Part shown: positions 45,831 to 60,201 of the stretch, piece after piece
How positions within the stretch are numbered: the stretch's first letter is position 1
Layout of the letters: each line of letters opens with the position of its first letter
Origin: Leptogorgia sarmentosa
Taxonomy: Eukaryota
DNA length: 64,000 bases
Direction: 5' to 3'
NCBI GenBank assembly: GCA_964658305.1
Contig: OZ210885.1
Span: 24,986,001 to 25,050,000 of the forward strand
Notes under the pieces: model-generated
Seen by the model: only the letters and a program-made list of their open reading frames with translations
Told to the model about the DNA's origin: nothing
The model's database searches: none
Position numbers and translations under genes: made by a program

Positions 45831-48528
45831 AGGATGGAGAAGCAGGAGCAGCAAAACCCAGAGCAAAGGAAGAACGAGATGCACGAAAAAGCAATGTTTT
45901 GGCCGAAGTGCCAAAAATATCGGCGTTTTTCCAAGAGAGCAACGCTGGTAGTACGAGCGGTAATATAGAAGATACCCTTGCAGTTGCGCAACCTCAACAA
46001 GATACTGAACTTAGTGAACTTAGTAGAGTTGATGAGCCGAGCGTGACTGAAGCGATACCACCAACAGAGGGCGATACAGCACATGAATCACTTGAATTGA
46101 CTGCTAGTGCTCCATTACCTCACTGGAAAGTCCTTCCAGTTCAAATTCATACTCTTGTGATTTGGGATTATGGCCTGGTCATATTTCAGGCAGTATGAGG
46201 GGAATACTTGGCAGCTAATGGAAGTGGCAACTGCCAAAATTTGGATGCGGATTTTAGTGCATCTTCAACAAGATTTGAAGGAGAGAAGTACAATCGACAG
46301 TGCCAGAAAAGCCTGTTCACATACACCCATCAGCTCACAAAACAACAGCATCCTCGTACCTGGCTTTGTTACTCGCCATCTCAGTGTGTAGTGTACTGTT
46401 TCCCGTGTAAATTGATGGGAAATTCCTCCGTTTTTGCGAAGCCTGGATACAAGGACTGGAAACACGCTTCTCAAGCAATTCCATGTCACGAGAACAGTTC
46501 GGCCCACCGAGAAGCTACGATACAGCTATTACACCGCAGCGATGCAAACTGTCGGGTTGATGCAGAACTTGTTAGACAAGCAAACACAGAACGCAGTTAT
46601 TGGCGTGCTGTGCTAGAGCACGTTGTGGAAACTATTTGTTTCCTATCTGAGCGCAGTTTAGCATTTCTCCCAGAAATGGAAATTATTTGGGTATTCTGGA
46701 GCTGTTGGCCAAGTTTGATCGATTTCTAGCGCAGCATATCAATCAGAATGCAAACAAAGGACAGAGTCATACTTCCTATTTATCTAAGACAATTTGCGAA
46801 GAATTGATTCAATTGATGTGGAATCGTGTGCTCAATACAATTATCAGCGAAGTGAAGTCAGCCAAATATTTTTCGGTTTCCGTTGATTCAACCCCCGATA
46901 TTTCACACATCGATCAGCTCACCTGCATTCTTCAGTATGTTCTGCCGTCGGGTCCTGTTGAAAGATTCTTAACATTCCTTGATATGGACGGTCACAGTGG
47001 ACAGGAACTAGCAGAAAGCTTGCTCAAGTTCTTGGAGAAGCATGGCATTGATGTTGCTGACTGCCGCAGGCAGTCATATGACAACGCAAGCAACATGAGC
47101 GGAAAGTATAATGGCATGCAAGCCATTATTCGGCAACATTGTCAGTTGGCTGACTATGTACCTTGAGCAGCACATTCCCTTAACCTGGTTGGTCAGACCG
47201 CAGCAGGTTGTTGCCCGCTAGCTGTGGCATTTTTCGATTTTTTACAGTGACTCTACTCCTTCTTCAGTGCTTCAACGCATTGGTGGAAAGTTCTGCACAA
47301 TTAACTTTCGAGTAAAAGCTTGCCAACGGTGAAACGCATGTCTGACACTCGCTGGTCCGCACTCGCAGATGCCGCAGAAGCTCTGGTGAAAGGATATGAG
47401 GAAATCAACGTTGCTTTAGAGGAGATCGCTAACAACATCGAACAGAAACCTTGCCAGGAGGCACGTGGACTCGCCCACTATATGGATCGCCTCGAAACCG
47501 GAGACAAGGCTCCTGGAGACAATTTCGCACAAGCACGTTCCTGGTTATTATCGATAGTATAGATGCGGAATTGCAAAAACAGCTGGGTGCTTATGAAAAA
47601 TTGCTGCCAAGTTTGGGTTCTTGCAAAATCTTAAGGATCTACCATACGACGAAGTGGCCAAGAATGCTGACAGCCTTCAGAGAGTCTACCCCACTGATCT
47701 TGAAGACACTCTGGCGGACGAGTTAGTACAATTTTCAAGTTTCCTCAAAACTGAATTTGTTACTAAAGCATTAAGCATTACTACTGCTGCTTCTACGACC
47801 CCAGCAAGTGGAGCCATGACCGAAGAAACTCGTGGTGCTGCTGGTGTAATAACCAAAGATGGCGATGACGTCCGATTAAACATGGAGTTGTTGGAACTGA
47901 GAATCTTTAGGCTTCTCGTGGACAATAACCTGGAAACTTCATTTCCCAACACTTTCATTGCATTTATCTTTCACTTGTGATCTCCAACTGTTCTGGTGAA
48001 AGGTCATTCTCTGTACTGAAGAGAATTAAAAACCATGTCTGATCGTGCATGACACAGACGAGGCTCAACATTCTTACCCTGCTGAGTGTGGAACACGAAC
48101 GTTTGCGGAAAATGGACTTCATTGAATTGATTAAGGACTTCGCCAGTCAGAAGTCCCGTAAACAAAATATAGTTTGATAACTAATTTGCTATATACATTT
48201 TGATGTTGAAACACTTCATGGATATACTTTTGCTGTTCCTGTATGCATTGCTATTAATATAATTGAACTTTATTCCTTTTTGCGATATGTGTAGTTTAGT
48301 ATATTATAGTGTAGTATTTTTTGTAAATATGACAACATTGTTTATGGGATAAAATGCGACAAGTTGAAGTTCTATTAGATTTTCAAGTGGGAAACGCTAT
48401 CATTATAATGCTATCGATCTGTCACAACAGGGTGGTGGTTAAGTGGCGTGGAAGGGGGGAGAGGGGGGGCAATGGGGCCCCGCGCTGATGAAATGTCGGG
48501 GGCCCCGCTCAACCATAATCCGGCCCTG
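45831..48528 (+). mobile_element. hAT transposon (ZMYM1-like transposase), 5'-truncated, decayed
   Basis: RTWLCYS..YCFPC..W..H..HE.S..H finger, FSVSVDSTPDISH.DQL, QSYDNASNMSG, P*AAHSLNL, TRWS, GERSFS.LKRIKN; right end ...AATCCGGCCCTG at 48528. Confidence 0.85.
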
Positions 48529-48859
48529 GACCTGTACCATCTGTACGGGTCGTAAGTGAATACTTCACCATCTTCACGATCCGTATACGTTTGACAGTAT
48601 TGGACAACCATCAACCATGTGGTGTAAAAGTCCAAAGGATCTTAAAGGTACATTAAAGTTGGATCATTAACTTTGAGTTTAATAGAACAATTATGCGCTT
48701 CGTAATGTAGAAGATAGCAACATAAACCTATTCTCACATTTACACAAGGAGTGCAAAAGTGTAAAGACACCTTTCACAATCTTCACACCTTTTCATGAAT
48801 AATGATAAAACTCAGATTTCGCCCAGTGAATGCGATGTGAAAGTTAAATAGCTCTGTAT

Positions 48860-49330
48860 TCAGCAGCGACCAATCCTGGAGATTGCGGGCAGCCGCATCC
48901 CAACATAACGGCGCGTCATAGTGACGCCAGCCAAGACCAGGAACTTCTGGGCAATGCGCATGATTAATAATGCATAGCGCAAGAGGTCGGAGACGCGGCG
49001 AGGATAGTACGACGTAAACACGAGCATGTAGACCATAAATGCTTCGATCCAGGTGTTGATGGACGTGATTTCCTTTCTTTTCTTCGCGGGCTGGAGCACT
49101 AATTTATCATCCAGGAGCGAAAAAGCCGGCGTATCGTTCTCACCGGACTTCCTAATGAATGTTTCCATTTCAACAAACTGTCTGGAAACAATCGATGACA
49201 CCACTTTGGCAGATACAGGTGGGAGAGTAGGTCCAACCACAAAGGATGGCAAATCCAACCTGGGCGCAGGCACGGATAAAGGGAGAAACTCCCTAAAAAC
49301 GGGTTGTGAAGGGGAACACAACTCGTTAAA
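48860..49330 (-). pseudogene. DIRS/Ngaro-like gag fragment
   Basis: LPPVS.K....I....FVEM, ITSI.TW..AF..Y......YP.R...L..Y...I and GW..YD pattern. Confidence 0.6.
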
Positions 49331-49461
49331 CACTAAATTAAGTACTCGAACTATTATAAACAATATTTTTATAACTATTCCCACAATTTGTAATTGTATA
49401 TATAACTACTAGTCTACTATTTAGATTTTAATTGTAAATCCATTGTATTTTTACACTGGAG

Positions 49462-49895
49462 ATGGAACTACTACCACTATCCGATCATTCTTATGTTTTC
49501 CTTCAGGTCGTTCTGCCTTCATTGCCAGAACGTGATCCTGGTGTGTGGAAACTGGATGCTTCTGTGCTGCAAGACGAATCTATGTGCGCAGAGGGCCATA
49601 CGTTTTGGGGCTTGTGGCAGAAGGAAAAATCTACTTTTCCCACCTTGGCAGTTTGGTGCGATGCGGCCAAGGCCTGGTTGAAGCAGCTTATGCAAAAGTT
49701 TTCTTGGGGTAGGGCTGAGAGTAGTCATTCACGGGTTCAGAATCTAATTTAGCGCAACTGCACGATCGTGAAGCGCTGGGTGAGGATGTGGCTCACCTTA
49801 TCAGAGAAGCAAAAAGTTGGATCGTTTTTACATTGCAGAAGGTGCATGCATTCAGGGTAGAGAACAGTGGGCTGAGGAGGGTGAAACCTCTTTAG
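49462..49895 (+). pseudogene. L1/Tx1-type LINE ORF2 fragment (end of endonuclease plus linker)
   Basis: SDH..V, PGVWKL.ASVL.D, FW..W, W.D..K and QWAEEGE. Confidence 0.7.
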
Positions 49896-49969
49896 ACAGG
49901 AGAAAGTGCAAGTGTCTAAGCATTTGTTTACTGCCATACATAATACACAGGGTACCATTGTCCGATCTA

Positions 49970-50663
49970 CCGGGTGGCCCAAAAAAAAGTACTCATCTTT
50001 GATTCAGTATAACTTAAAAAGTAAAAGAATTCTGACACTTAAACAATAGGCATTGTATTCAGTAATGTAACTTATAACTGCGATTAAAGTTGAGTTAACG
50101 TTTCGGGAAATGTAGAAAATGAGCAAAAAATGGCCTATTAAATGTTAATACCGCAATAACCTGTGCATAGGTACACTGCAGTCGAAAACTTGAACTTTCA
50201 CACGATTGTGGGTCCCCGCCAGACTCGTTACTCTACATGAGCAAAATATATTGTCTTAAAATGCCTATGTTCAAGTTTTGTTTTAAAAGAATTTTTTTTC
50301 GGCCAAAAAAGCGCGCGAAACACGGAGTATAGCTCTAACGCAATACAATTTACTAGTAGCTTTGCTAAACGTGTTACACTTATGACATCACAAGGTGACA
50401 AGATGGCGCCAGTTTTGTTCGCATCCGGTATCTGAAATGTCGGGGGCGAAATTTAGTTACTTCCACTCAATGTACATAAGTCATCTATACAGCAAATTTA
50501 TTTAAGGCAAAAAAATGAGGTCGAAAAATTCGTTGCAGTAACACTTCAATTTATGAAATGAATACTTATACGTAGCTACAATAAACTGTGGTTGACAAAA
50601 TTACTTTAATAGGCCGTCTTTTGGTCATTTTCTACATTTCCCGAAACGTTAACTCAACTTTAA
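49970..50663. mobile_element. Partial non-autonomous DNA transposon with internal inverted repeats
   Basis: Starts TA|CCGGGTGGCCC; AAAGTTGAGTTAACGTTTCGGGAAATGTAGAAAATGA (about 50086) is inverted at about 50625-50662; right end missing. Confidence 0.55.
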
Positions 50664-53423
50664 ACACAGTTATCTCAGTCAACCTCAAAGACATTTCATG
50701 TACACTTTAAATATTATAACTACAGTTGCATAGTCACTTTATTTGATTCCTTCACCAAGCACACCATACCTCAGAGCAAATGTTCAACAATAAGTAGTAT
50801 TGAAGCAATGCATGAGACATAAAAAATAAAAAACATCTTGATGTTGTTTCATCTTCACTTTACAGCCCTTGAAACTGCCTAACATTGGTCAAGTATAGTC
50901 ATGCCGTCAGTATTTACAAAATTTGCAACAGGACGAACAATTTCTTGAGCATGGCCTTCTCCAGTCTTGTCATGGGTTTCCTTGACCAGATGTTCTTCTG
51001 AGAATTGATCAACAGGAGAAACATTGGGCGTTGCATTAGCAATCACGGTAAACATTTTAGCTCAGTGGGTGCTCGCCTGAAAGGTCTATGACAAAACAAT
51101 AGAAATCCACTGTGTGACCTGGGGCGGTATAGTAAAAGAACACTAAAAGGTCGTTGAGTTATCTTGGTAAAGAAGACAAGTGTATGGCTACCAACAACAT
51201 CACCTGCTGAAAATAGCCATTTCCATCATCTTCCCAAAATAGGTTACCAGTTGCATCAGGGATGATGAACAGGGACTTCCTATGATGTGGATGGATGTCA
51301 ACATGGGTGGGCTTGTTTCAAAATGCAAACTATGCTTTATTGGTTTTTTAGTACTTGGAACTAGTGAACTGGGCAGCCAATTTTCCACTTTATTGCTTTG
51401 AGGGAGTAAGGATTTGCCATGTATCACACTTTGTGTACATTGTGGTGCTGTCCCACACAAATTAACTTATCCCATTACATTTTGCGTGACAGACATATCA
51501 AAGTCAAGCTTACACATTTCATTCATGCTTGACTTAATTAAAAGGGTTTACCAGGTCTTCAAGGGCAAAATAGCTGGTTAAGGTTTTTCTACATATTAGA
51601 ATTACTGGTTACAGTCATTGCTTTGGTGTGTTAACACTTCCTGTTTTATGATGGATAAAATGTTTTGTTCCATTTTTTACCCCAAATAAACGCGTACGCA
51701 CACACACTTGACGGAAACCTAGTATTTATGTGAATGGTTCTACAATATCATTGGTGTGGACAGCTGTCCCTCTCTCCTAAGTTTTGACTTTTGAGCCCAT
51801 TTTGTCGTCTTTTTTAAGCAATTACATGGATAATCCATTCGTTGATACTCTTCTGTCTAGCTTTGTAACCAAACGAATATTGCTTCAGCTTTTTTTCTGT
51901 GGAAACATTTCAATTTACTCATTCGTTTGATGGAAATGTATCACATTTGAATGATATTTTGTACTTATTTAATAGTCAATGATTATTGTACAGGGTATAA
52001 AAAATGCTCAAAAATGCAGTGGTGTAGCTACCAATTTTGCCAGGGGGCTGAAATTTTCCAAGGAAAGGGCGTGGTCAAACGGGCGTGTCTTGCATGCGCA
52101 CTGAGGAGATAAATTCATAATCATCACTCATAATCATGTTATTGAAGAATGAACATATTTTATATGAATTGGGTTATACTAAGAAGGTCGTGGATGGATA
52201 TGCAAGATTTGCAAGGCGTGTTTTGGTCATTGTACTATGCAAGTCTTCACCCTTTTCATACGACTGAACGTTTTTTCATCATATGCTAATGAACAGACAC
52301 GGTAGGTGCAAGTTGCAGCAATGTTGCAGTGCTTCCAAAGTCTCAAGCATTTAATACAGTGTGTATATTCTTGTACTGCATGTCCACTGTCTCATTTACA
52401 GGGAGATCATTGCAATGGAATGTACACAAAGTTTTCAATTGGTCCAGACTGGATTCAGACTTCACTATTCTTGTCAATGAAGGTGGCAGCAAGAATACCA
52501 TCAAACGCTTTAGAACACCAACCACAGTGTCATTGAAGCATGTACTCAGATCTGTGATTATTATATTCAGAACAACATACACTCAATTCAATGTGCATTG
52601 ACAGCAGTTTCTCCAGGACAGCGAGTGTATGATATTGGTTCATCGAAAAATCTCATTGTCATTGCCTTGTCATTGCAAACTCCACTGGGAGGTAGAGAGA
52701 ACTGCAAAGAACTCCTTTTGCTTTTGTCAGCGTACTATCAAAGTGGTCGTTGTTCGACCTGAGAATTCCTTGATACATGCTTCGATCAAGTGACATGGTA
52801 CACTGATATTGAGGAATGTCCTTGAACATTATCACTGCTGCTTTTTCCATTACCAAGATACCAAATCAATGAGAGCACTCACGTCAAGTTTATCTCCTGC
52901 AATTAATACCTCAGAGCATCCAAGTAACAATCGAAGTTATCCCTCACATGTTGTACAAAGTTTGCCTGTGAAGCTTCAACAATTCCAGGTAGTTCCTGTT
53001 ATTTTCAAATGCTGTCACATCACATCTTCCTCACTTTCGAAGCAATGATCTTAAAAAAAGCTTTGCAGAGCCAAGAACAGTGTTGTGGAATAAATGTGAT
53101 GGGAAAAATTAGTGCAAAGTTTCTTTAGGTTTAAGTTTCACTAAATTGTGATGAGTGGCAGTGTAAACTCCAAGGGGCACATTCCAAATTTTTCTGGTGT
53201 GCGAAACTCCGTAGTTAAATGATATCATTACAATGTAAAAACAAAAATTATCCAATTCTAGCAATATATCATTGTTCATTATTGTTTGCAGTTATTCATA
53301 TGGATAGGAAAGTAAGCTAGATGAGTAATATGAACTGAGAAGCCACAGGTTACAGAACATACCTGACAGCAACTTGGAATTTCAATGTTTGCAAAAATTG
53401 CAACTCAGCATTTGTTTGCAGCA

Positions 53424-54110
53424 TTAAAGTGCCCATGTCAGAAAATGGCTTTTTGCATTTTTGAAATCTATAGCTAAAATAAGTTTATAAGTTCTAAAAC
53501 AGAATTAAGATTGCGTTTTTAGTTTTAAAGTTAAAGCCGTTTGTTAGTAAAATTTGCATTCTGAAAAATATGAAAGTTGCAAAAATGAGACTGGGACGAG
53601 TTTAGTGTGTGACGTCAAAATAGTAACTCGTCTAACTCGCGATACAGAAAGTACTATTGCGTGTAGTAGCATATAGACAGTGATATTGAAAATAAAAGTC
53701 ACGAAATTTAAAAAATGCCGAATAGATGTATTGTCGGAGGATGCTCTAATGTAGCTGATGTTGTGAAATGCGGGGTTCGATAGTTAAACAGAAGGAAATG
53801 GACTACAATAATATGAACCTTTAATCATAAGTCTACAAAGCCATCATAAACATAAAACACATGCATGCTAAAGTCAAAGCGCGGGCAAATGCGCCCGCTA
53901 TTCTAGTTCAAACAGTACTTTATGTAATATCCATGACAGCTGATGCCAAACAAGGCATTTCACTCCATGTTATACCTTTTGCTGGAGACGAAAGGCCTGA
54001 GGCGAAAAGGAGACGCAAACTGTGGGTTGGCTTTGTTCAACTTAAACGAGCAAAGTGGGAACCCACTTCAGTCTCAAGCATTTGTTCTGCGCATTTTGCA
54101 AAGAAGATTT
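53424..54110 (+). mobile_element. Kolobok-like element left end with THAP-domain gene fragment
   Basis: TTAA|AGTGCCC end; MPNRCIVGGCSN (53715)...SLH..P.......RR..W...V......W.P.....ICSAHF is a THAP domain, split by a solo LTR. Confidence 0.6.
53759..53938. mobile_element. Solo LTR (180 bp)
   Basis: TGTTGTG...CATGACA ends with 5-bp TSD GCTGA; removal restores the THAP frame. Confidence 0.8.
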
Positions 54111-54740
54111 TACGCAAATCTTTTCTTGTCCTTCCGGTTGTCTACACTCTACAGACAATTGGTGTAGTTGCAATCCTGCTTGCTCAAATTGCTGGGAAAA
54201 CCCGTCTTATGTTTCACATTTCTTTGGTTTCATAGCCTGCTCGCAGACTAGGCTAGTGGTTTCATTGCTACGCGTTTTGGAACATGAAGTACTCCAAAGC
54301 TGCCTGAAGTTGTCATGGCAACACGATCGGAAATTCGTATTTCTGTATTTATTTGAAAACAGTCAAATATCACCTTTTATATCTTGGTTTACGGGAACCA
54401 CCAAGTATTTTAATAAAATATAAAACAACGGTAACTCCGAAAATAAACATTTTAATATTGTAGCTTTCGACTGAGATTCAGTCATCATCAGGAATAATGC
54501 TACGTTACATTACATTGATATATATATAGTGAAGATTAGTAATTTGATATATATATATATATATAACTGCTCATGCAGTTTGAGCACTCTCTTGGATTGG
54601 GTGGAGAGTTTTATTAGACATTCACTATTTGCAATATGCATTGCTCACTACTCGCAGTTTGAGCACTCTGGTGACTCCACAATACGCCATTTCGGGGTTC
54701 GCGATGCCATATTGCAAGTGGGGGCAAATTAAGATTCAAA

Positions 54741-56694
54741 ATGGCAGCGTCAATATCGAAGAAAGCTGGATCGCTCAGTAAACTAGAAGATTTTATGGCC
54801 TTAGAGATGAATAGTTTGATCGATTTTCTTGCTGTTCGTGGTTTGAAAACTTCAGGGAGAAAAGTGGAATTAGTTGCACAAGCTTTTAGTGCAATTGAGC
54901 TAAATTTACCGATCATACAATCATCTGAAGAACAACAGACCGAGATTAATAGAGAGTATCAAAGTAGATTGAAAAAATTTGAGATATGCGATCCACTAAG
55001 TATTAAAGAGTCGAAAAGAACTGATGATATTACTAAGTAGCCCAAACTTGATTGTGGGTCCATTTTTGCATATATTCTAAAGGTCAGGGACTTTGATTTA
55101 GACTAAGTGGGCCGTTATAAAGACCAGAAGGCATACTCCTTTTGGGACTCTGGTTTTGTTAGCACTTTATTTACATACGAACCTTTAGAAAAACAGAATA
55201 TCATCTTTGTATATGGAAGTGTTAGGAGTTCACTGACTTCATCTGTCACCCACACACTATGGATTCTGGTTAAGAAAGAACCAGCCCAGGTTTTGACATG
55301 CTGGTGTAGTTGCATGGCTGGAACAAGTCAATCTTGCAATCATGCAATTGCAGTTATGTACAAAATAGAGTATGCTATGAGAAAGGGCTACTTAGACCCT
55401 GCATGTACATCAATGCCTTGTTCCTGGAATCAGACAACAAAAAAAGAAATTGAACCAAAAATGATAAAAGACATTAATATCAGGAAAAAACTGAGATCCA
55501 AAGAAAAGGATGATGAAATGAACAAGGAGGAAATACGACGAGAAGAGCTACAAAAATTCAATCCAGTACTTCCAGCTTTCCAAAAAATTACGGATGAGTC
55601 TGTATCAACATTTGCAACAAGTTTCACCAGAATCTGTAATTTTTAAGTGCATACCAGTAGGCACACTAAAAGGGGAGGATGATAAATTATCACTCTATAA
55701 GATTGCTGAGGATATTTGTAAAAAATACAGTGATGATGATGATGATGAAAAAGTATCAAAATTTTTAGAATTTCTGCCAACAAGTACAGAAATGGCAAGT
55801 AATTTGGAAATAAAAACAAGAGGGCAAGCAGATAATGAACTGTGGAAAGAAGCCAGAATTGGACGGCTGACTGCTTCAAAGCATCATGAGATTTATACTA
55901 AAGTTAACAGTATTGTCAAATCATCCAGTGTGGTTAGACCAAAAACTACCCCACTGGTGAGTAAAATATTGTTTCATGATACAAACCTTGACAACATTGA
56001 TGCTATCAAATGGGGAAGAACACATGAAGAAGTAGCACTGAAACAATTTTATGCTCAAGAAGCAATAAAACACCAAAAGTACAAGTTAACAGCTTGTGGT
56101 TTATTTATTGACCCTAATAAGCCTTATATTGCAGCTTCTCCAGATGGCTTATTTTCATGTGCATGCCATGGAAATGCGGTTATTGAAATTAAATGCCCGT
56201 TCAAAATTAGGGGCAAAACAATTAAGGATGGTTTGCAGGAATGCAATTTTTTGGAAGAAGATCCAGACACTGGGAAGGTGAGAATTAAAAGATCACACAA
56301 ATACTATACTCAAATAATTAGCCAAATGGGAGTCACTGGAAAACATATTGGGCTATTTATTGTTTTGACAGAAAAAGACATGACGATTGAAGAGATTAAT
56401 TTTGATAGCACACACTGGGAGAAAGTGGAAAAGAACCTAACTATATTTTTCAAGGGTTATATCTGTCCTGTTTTGTTGAGTCTCAAAGAAATTGTCTTTT
56501 GTGGTGTGTGTGACAATGTGCTATTACAATCACATGAGATAAGTGAAAAGGAAGAACAAGATTTTAACAGCGTGCAATGCGACAGTTGTCAACTATGGTA
56601 TCACTTGAAATGCGAAAACCTATCAGTGACTGAAGCTGAAAATTTACCAGAGAAATCGTTGTGTGCTTCTTGTATAATGGCAAACCAAAACTGA
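54741..56694 (+). pseudogene. SAP-SWIM-YqaJ (lambda exonuclease-like)-PHD protein
   Basis: L..RGLKTSGRK.EL (SAP); CSC.AG....CNH (SWIM); W...R.GRLTAS, WG...E, AASPDG, IEIKCP, YYTQ (YqaJ); QCDSC..WYH..C (PHD); stops at 55040 and about 55106, frameshift near 55600. Confidence 0.88.
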
Positions 56695-56743
56695 ACTAAA
56701 CTTGACAAAACTGAAGTAATATTATGTCTATATTATTATATGT

Positions 56744-58123
56744 CTATATTTTCAATGGTTTTTTGAGATTGTGCAAAGCAGCACATACTCTTATAATGTC
56801 ATCTACTATAGGTAAATACAATAACTGTAACTCTGTTTTTAAAATTCGGTAATCTTTCAAGTTTTTAATTGATTGTTCTACATAAATTCTCACGTTTGAA
56901 ACTGTTGAAGTTTCCTTCGATTGACCGCTTGTCATCTGAACCCCTTTAGCGGCACTTGGTGGAATAGCCAGTGTACACTGATGCAGAGCCAACAGTGTTT
57001 TTATCTTGAAACCTGTATCAGCCATTACCTGGTCAAACGGCTCTAGCATTTTCATAAATCCTGATGTTTGTACAATATGAACATCACTAGTCCTTCCACC
57101 ATATGCTGGTGATATCCACGATATTGCACCATTTGGTGTGATGCAAACTAGAAATTTTACAGTAGTGTGGTGTTTGTAATCACTCCACAAAAGATTGTGA
57201 GCTTCCAAACAACTTGGAGTCTCTGTAAACACCTCTGTACAGACAATGATTGTGCTAACTTTTGGGTATAACTTCTTAAAACACAGTGGAAGAGTTTTTC
57301 GTACTTGCTCTCTTGATGGCCAGATTACAAGAACTCCTAACTCTCTTGCCAAAAGCTTAATCCATGTTATAAATATTTGGGAAACTTTTCCTGTGCTCCC
57401 CCCAAATCTATTAGCCAAATCCTGCTGTAAAAGGTCTAGTCTTAACTTCATTATTGTCATGAAGAATTCTGTTTCTAATGATAACTTCCTTTGAGGGCCA
57501 AGTTTGGATGCAGTGTAATTAAGAGCAGACGCATCTATATCAGGGGATAATAACAGACTGTCTAACCTTTCAGTATACAGTAGGAACTGGATTCCGATGT
57601 TCTTTTAGCTCCATCCCAATATCTCATAGTGGAAGCTTTGAAACTTAGATGGTTGAACAATGTTTTAAATATATCGCCATTGATAAAACCTGTGTAAAAT
57701 CGTACATCATGTTCACGTGTCAACTGTTCGAATGTAATTGATGGCGTAGTAACCGAATTTGTCGCTTGTCCCTCTTCTACATCGTTATCAATTTCGACGA
57801 CGTGTGGCTGTGTTTCAGGATTTTCGCGCGTTAGTCGACGTCGTTTTCTGGGTGATTTTTTTTGTTGGTCCATTGGCCTTATTTGGATTTGCAGATGTTG
57901 GTTGACCGTCCACAAAATGGTTTGAGCATACAAAAGTCCACTTCCCTGGTTCAAAATCAGCTCGGCCACTTCGGATCAGTTTAATCCATTCTTCACACTT
58001 GACTGAATCGGCAGTGAAGCGATGCCACTTTAAAACGTCTACATGGCCACGTTTTCGTAATTTATTTGGATACCTCTTATCATTGTCACACAAACCAACA
58101 CAACATCTGTCATTTTTTCCCAT
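56744..58123 (-). pseudogene. THAP-HTH-DDE (Harbinger/ISL2EU-type) transposase
   Basis: RCCV..C.N...W...I.......VCSNHF (THAP); LRL.L...DLA.RFG.S (HTH); WS.YK.H.T.K, YGGR.SD, VMAD.GF, RI.VE..I..LK; frameshifts. Confidence 0.88.
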
Positions 58124-59907
58124 TGTTATTCAATATCAAAGGATCTAATCCGATATTTGATATATTTATTCATGCTTGACGCCAAGCCCAACAGCCCGAC
58201 GCCATATTTGTTTACAATGTTTGCCCCACTTGCAATATGGCGTTGTGAACCCCGAAAAGGCGTATGCAATCCTTCCTCACAATGTGTAACCGTACATCCT
58301 GTGCCCAAGTTCAGGAGTTGCCATGAGGCCATTATGGTGATAACCGGGAGGGCACATTGTTATACGTTTTGTATATATATATATATATATAAATGTATCT
58401 ACAAATATTGGACAAACATTTTTGAATATCATCGATGATGAATTCCTGATAGGTAACCCTTACATAAAATATTCAACCGCAGCACTGTTAAAATTTAGCT
58501 ACAGTTGCATGTGTAATATCAAACAAACCATCACATCACCAGACACAACAAAACGCCCTTACAAGCGAAGAAAGCACATGCAACTGTAGAAAGAAAGAGG
58601 AGTGCCCAATGTCCAAAAAATGTTTGGTCTAGTCCGTTGTATATCAAGCTACAGTTTCTACCAACAACAACAGTCCACCTAGCGTCTTCATGCAGACACG
58701 CGAAAAAATTTCTATTAGCTAATATTTAAAGGGCATGCACTCAAGACAGATAAATTTTTGTTTTAAATATATCGCGCAATATTAATAGGTTGGTGTTATG
58801 TTATGCATTGTTAATACTTCCGCGTCTTGTCACTTATCAAGTAACAAAATAATTACTTTGCGTGCTTTGTAAATAGGTTTAATTTAAAGCTTTCATCCAC
58901 TTGTACATAAATACTGTAGGTTTTTTGTAGCAATCGAAAAAATATTCAATGCCATTCTTCATTAACATCAAAGGAATACAATAAAGCAATTTGGAGATTT
59001 TTAACCAGTTAGGTTTTCTCTGGAGGTCGCACAGAACACATGTCACTGACATGACTGAATGTAGAGCCAGAATTGTAAACTTGACAGAAACATAGCTGTA
59101 TCTCAAGAACTAACTCGTTTGAAATAAAATCCTTCAATGCCAGTCTGCAAGAGTTATAAAAGTATGAAATAAACAAGTCTAGAAGTTCATGCAGTGTAAA
59201 GTTCTCTCCAGAGGCCGAGCGAAAATACTTGCTGTTGTGCGGTATTAAATTGCCGTTTTGTGCAAGCAAAAACGCAAACTATAAATATAAAATCGATATG
59301 TCTTAAAAACGGGTGTGTGTTTTGAAATATATTTTCATGCCATTCCGCATTAGTTCCAGGAACATTCAAGGAAGCAATCGGCATGTTCTCAACTTGTTCC
59401 AAATCATCCGTAGGCTGAGCCGAACATTTGCGTCCAAGTGTAAATTTGAAGCCATTTGATTTGCGCCATTATGTAAATTTGAAGACCCTAGACACTTGCC
59501 GCACTTAAGGCGTGATTTCTCCAAAACTATGCAATGCATTCTTTGAACGCTTCATGCCATTCTTGACTGATATGAAGGCAATACATTCTGGTATTTTTCG
59601 GCTTTCTAAGGGACTTCATTGTGCATAAATTGAGCGCATAACAAGTGTTGTTTGCGCTTGTCCTCTTACCAAGAGCTGAACACAGAGGGAAGGCCTACAC
59701 ATACAAACTAAAATATCTCGTCAACCCAAGGCTGTGTTCGCAAAACATTTCATGTCACTCTTCCCTAGTTTAAGATGTATAAAATTATCTAAAATTTGTT
59801 TGCCATTTCTTCCTAGTTTTTCTTGTGGAGCAATCTAAAGCGATCACTATAGCGGTACCCACCCCCCTGATTCACCGGTATTTTTAATGCAAGATGACTT
59901 TTTCCAG

Positions 59908-60041
59908 GGGCCGGTTGTATAACAATCTTAACTACCCATTCGTGGTTAAATGGTAGTTAACTTTGAAATACCCGTTTCTGATTGGTCAGTTTTCGCACTT
60001 AACTATAGTCAACTTTAACTACGTTTTTATACAACTGGCCC
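59908..60041. mobile_element. Harbinger-group MITE
   Basis: TIR GGGCC(G/A)GTTGTATAA; 3-bp TSD CAG. Confidence 0.8.
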
Positions 60042-60201
60042 CAGACCTATAATCAACCAATCAGCGTGCGGCATTGTATCTCAACCATATAATAATTATT
60101 ATTAATTTTTGACTTTGCCTTTTTTACATTATATACAGAAATTATTGTACAAACCACCCAAAAGCTAACAAAATTTAAAGTAGCTTAATCAATATTATTG
60201 A

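Larger units (their letters stand above)
54680..58270. mobile_element. ISL2EU-type (PHIS group) DNA transposon with two convergent genes
   Basis: YqaJ-nuclease gene plus THAP/HTH/DDE gene; inverted subterminal motif GCCATATTGCAAGTGGGG.CAAA at both ends; exact termini not resolved. Confidence 0.8.

Noticed and set aside
50700..53400. Protein-coding gene
   Set aside because: Only short broken ORFs without recognisable motifs; probably decayed TE sequence.
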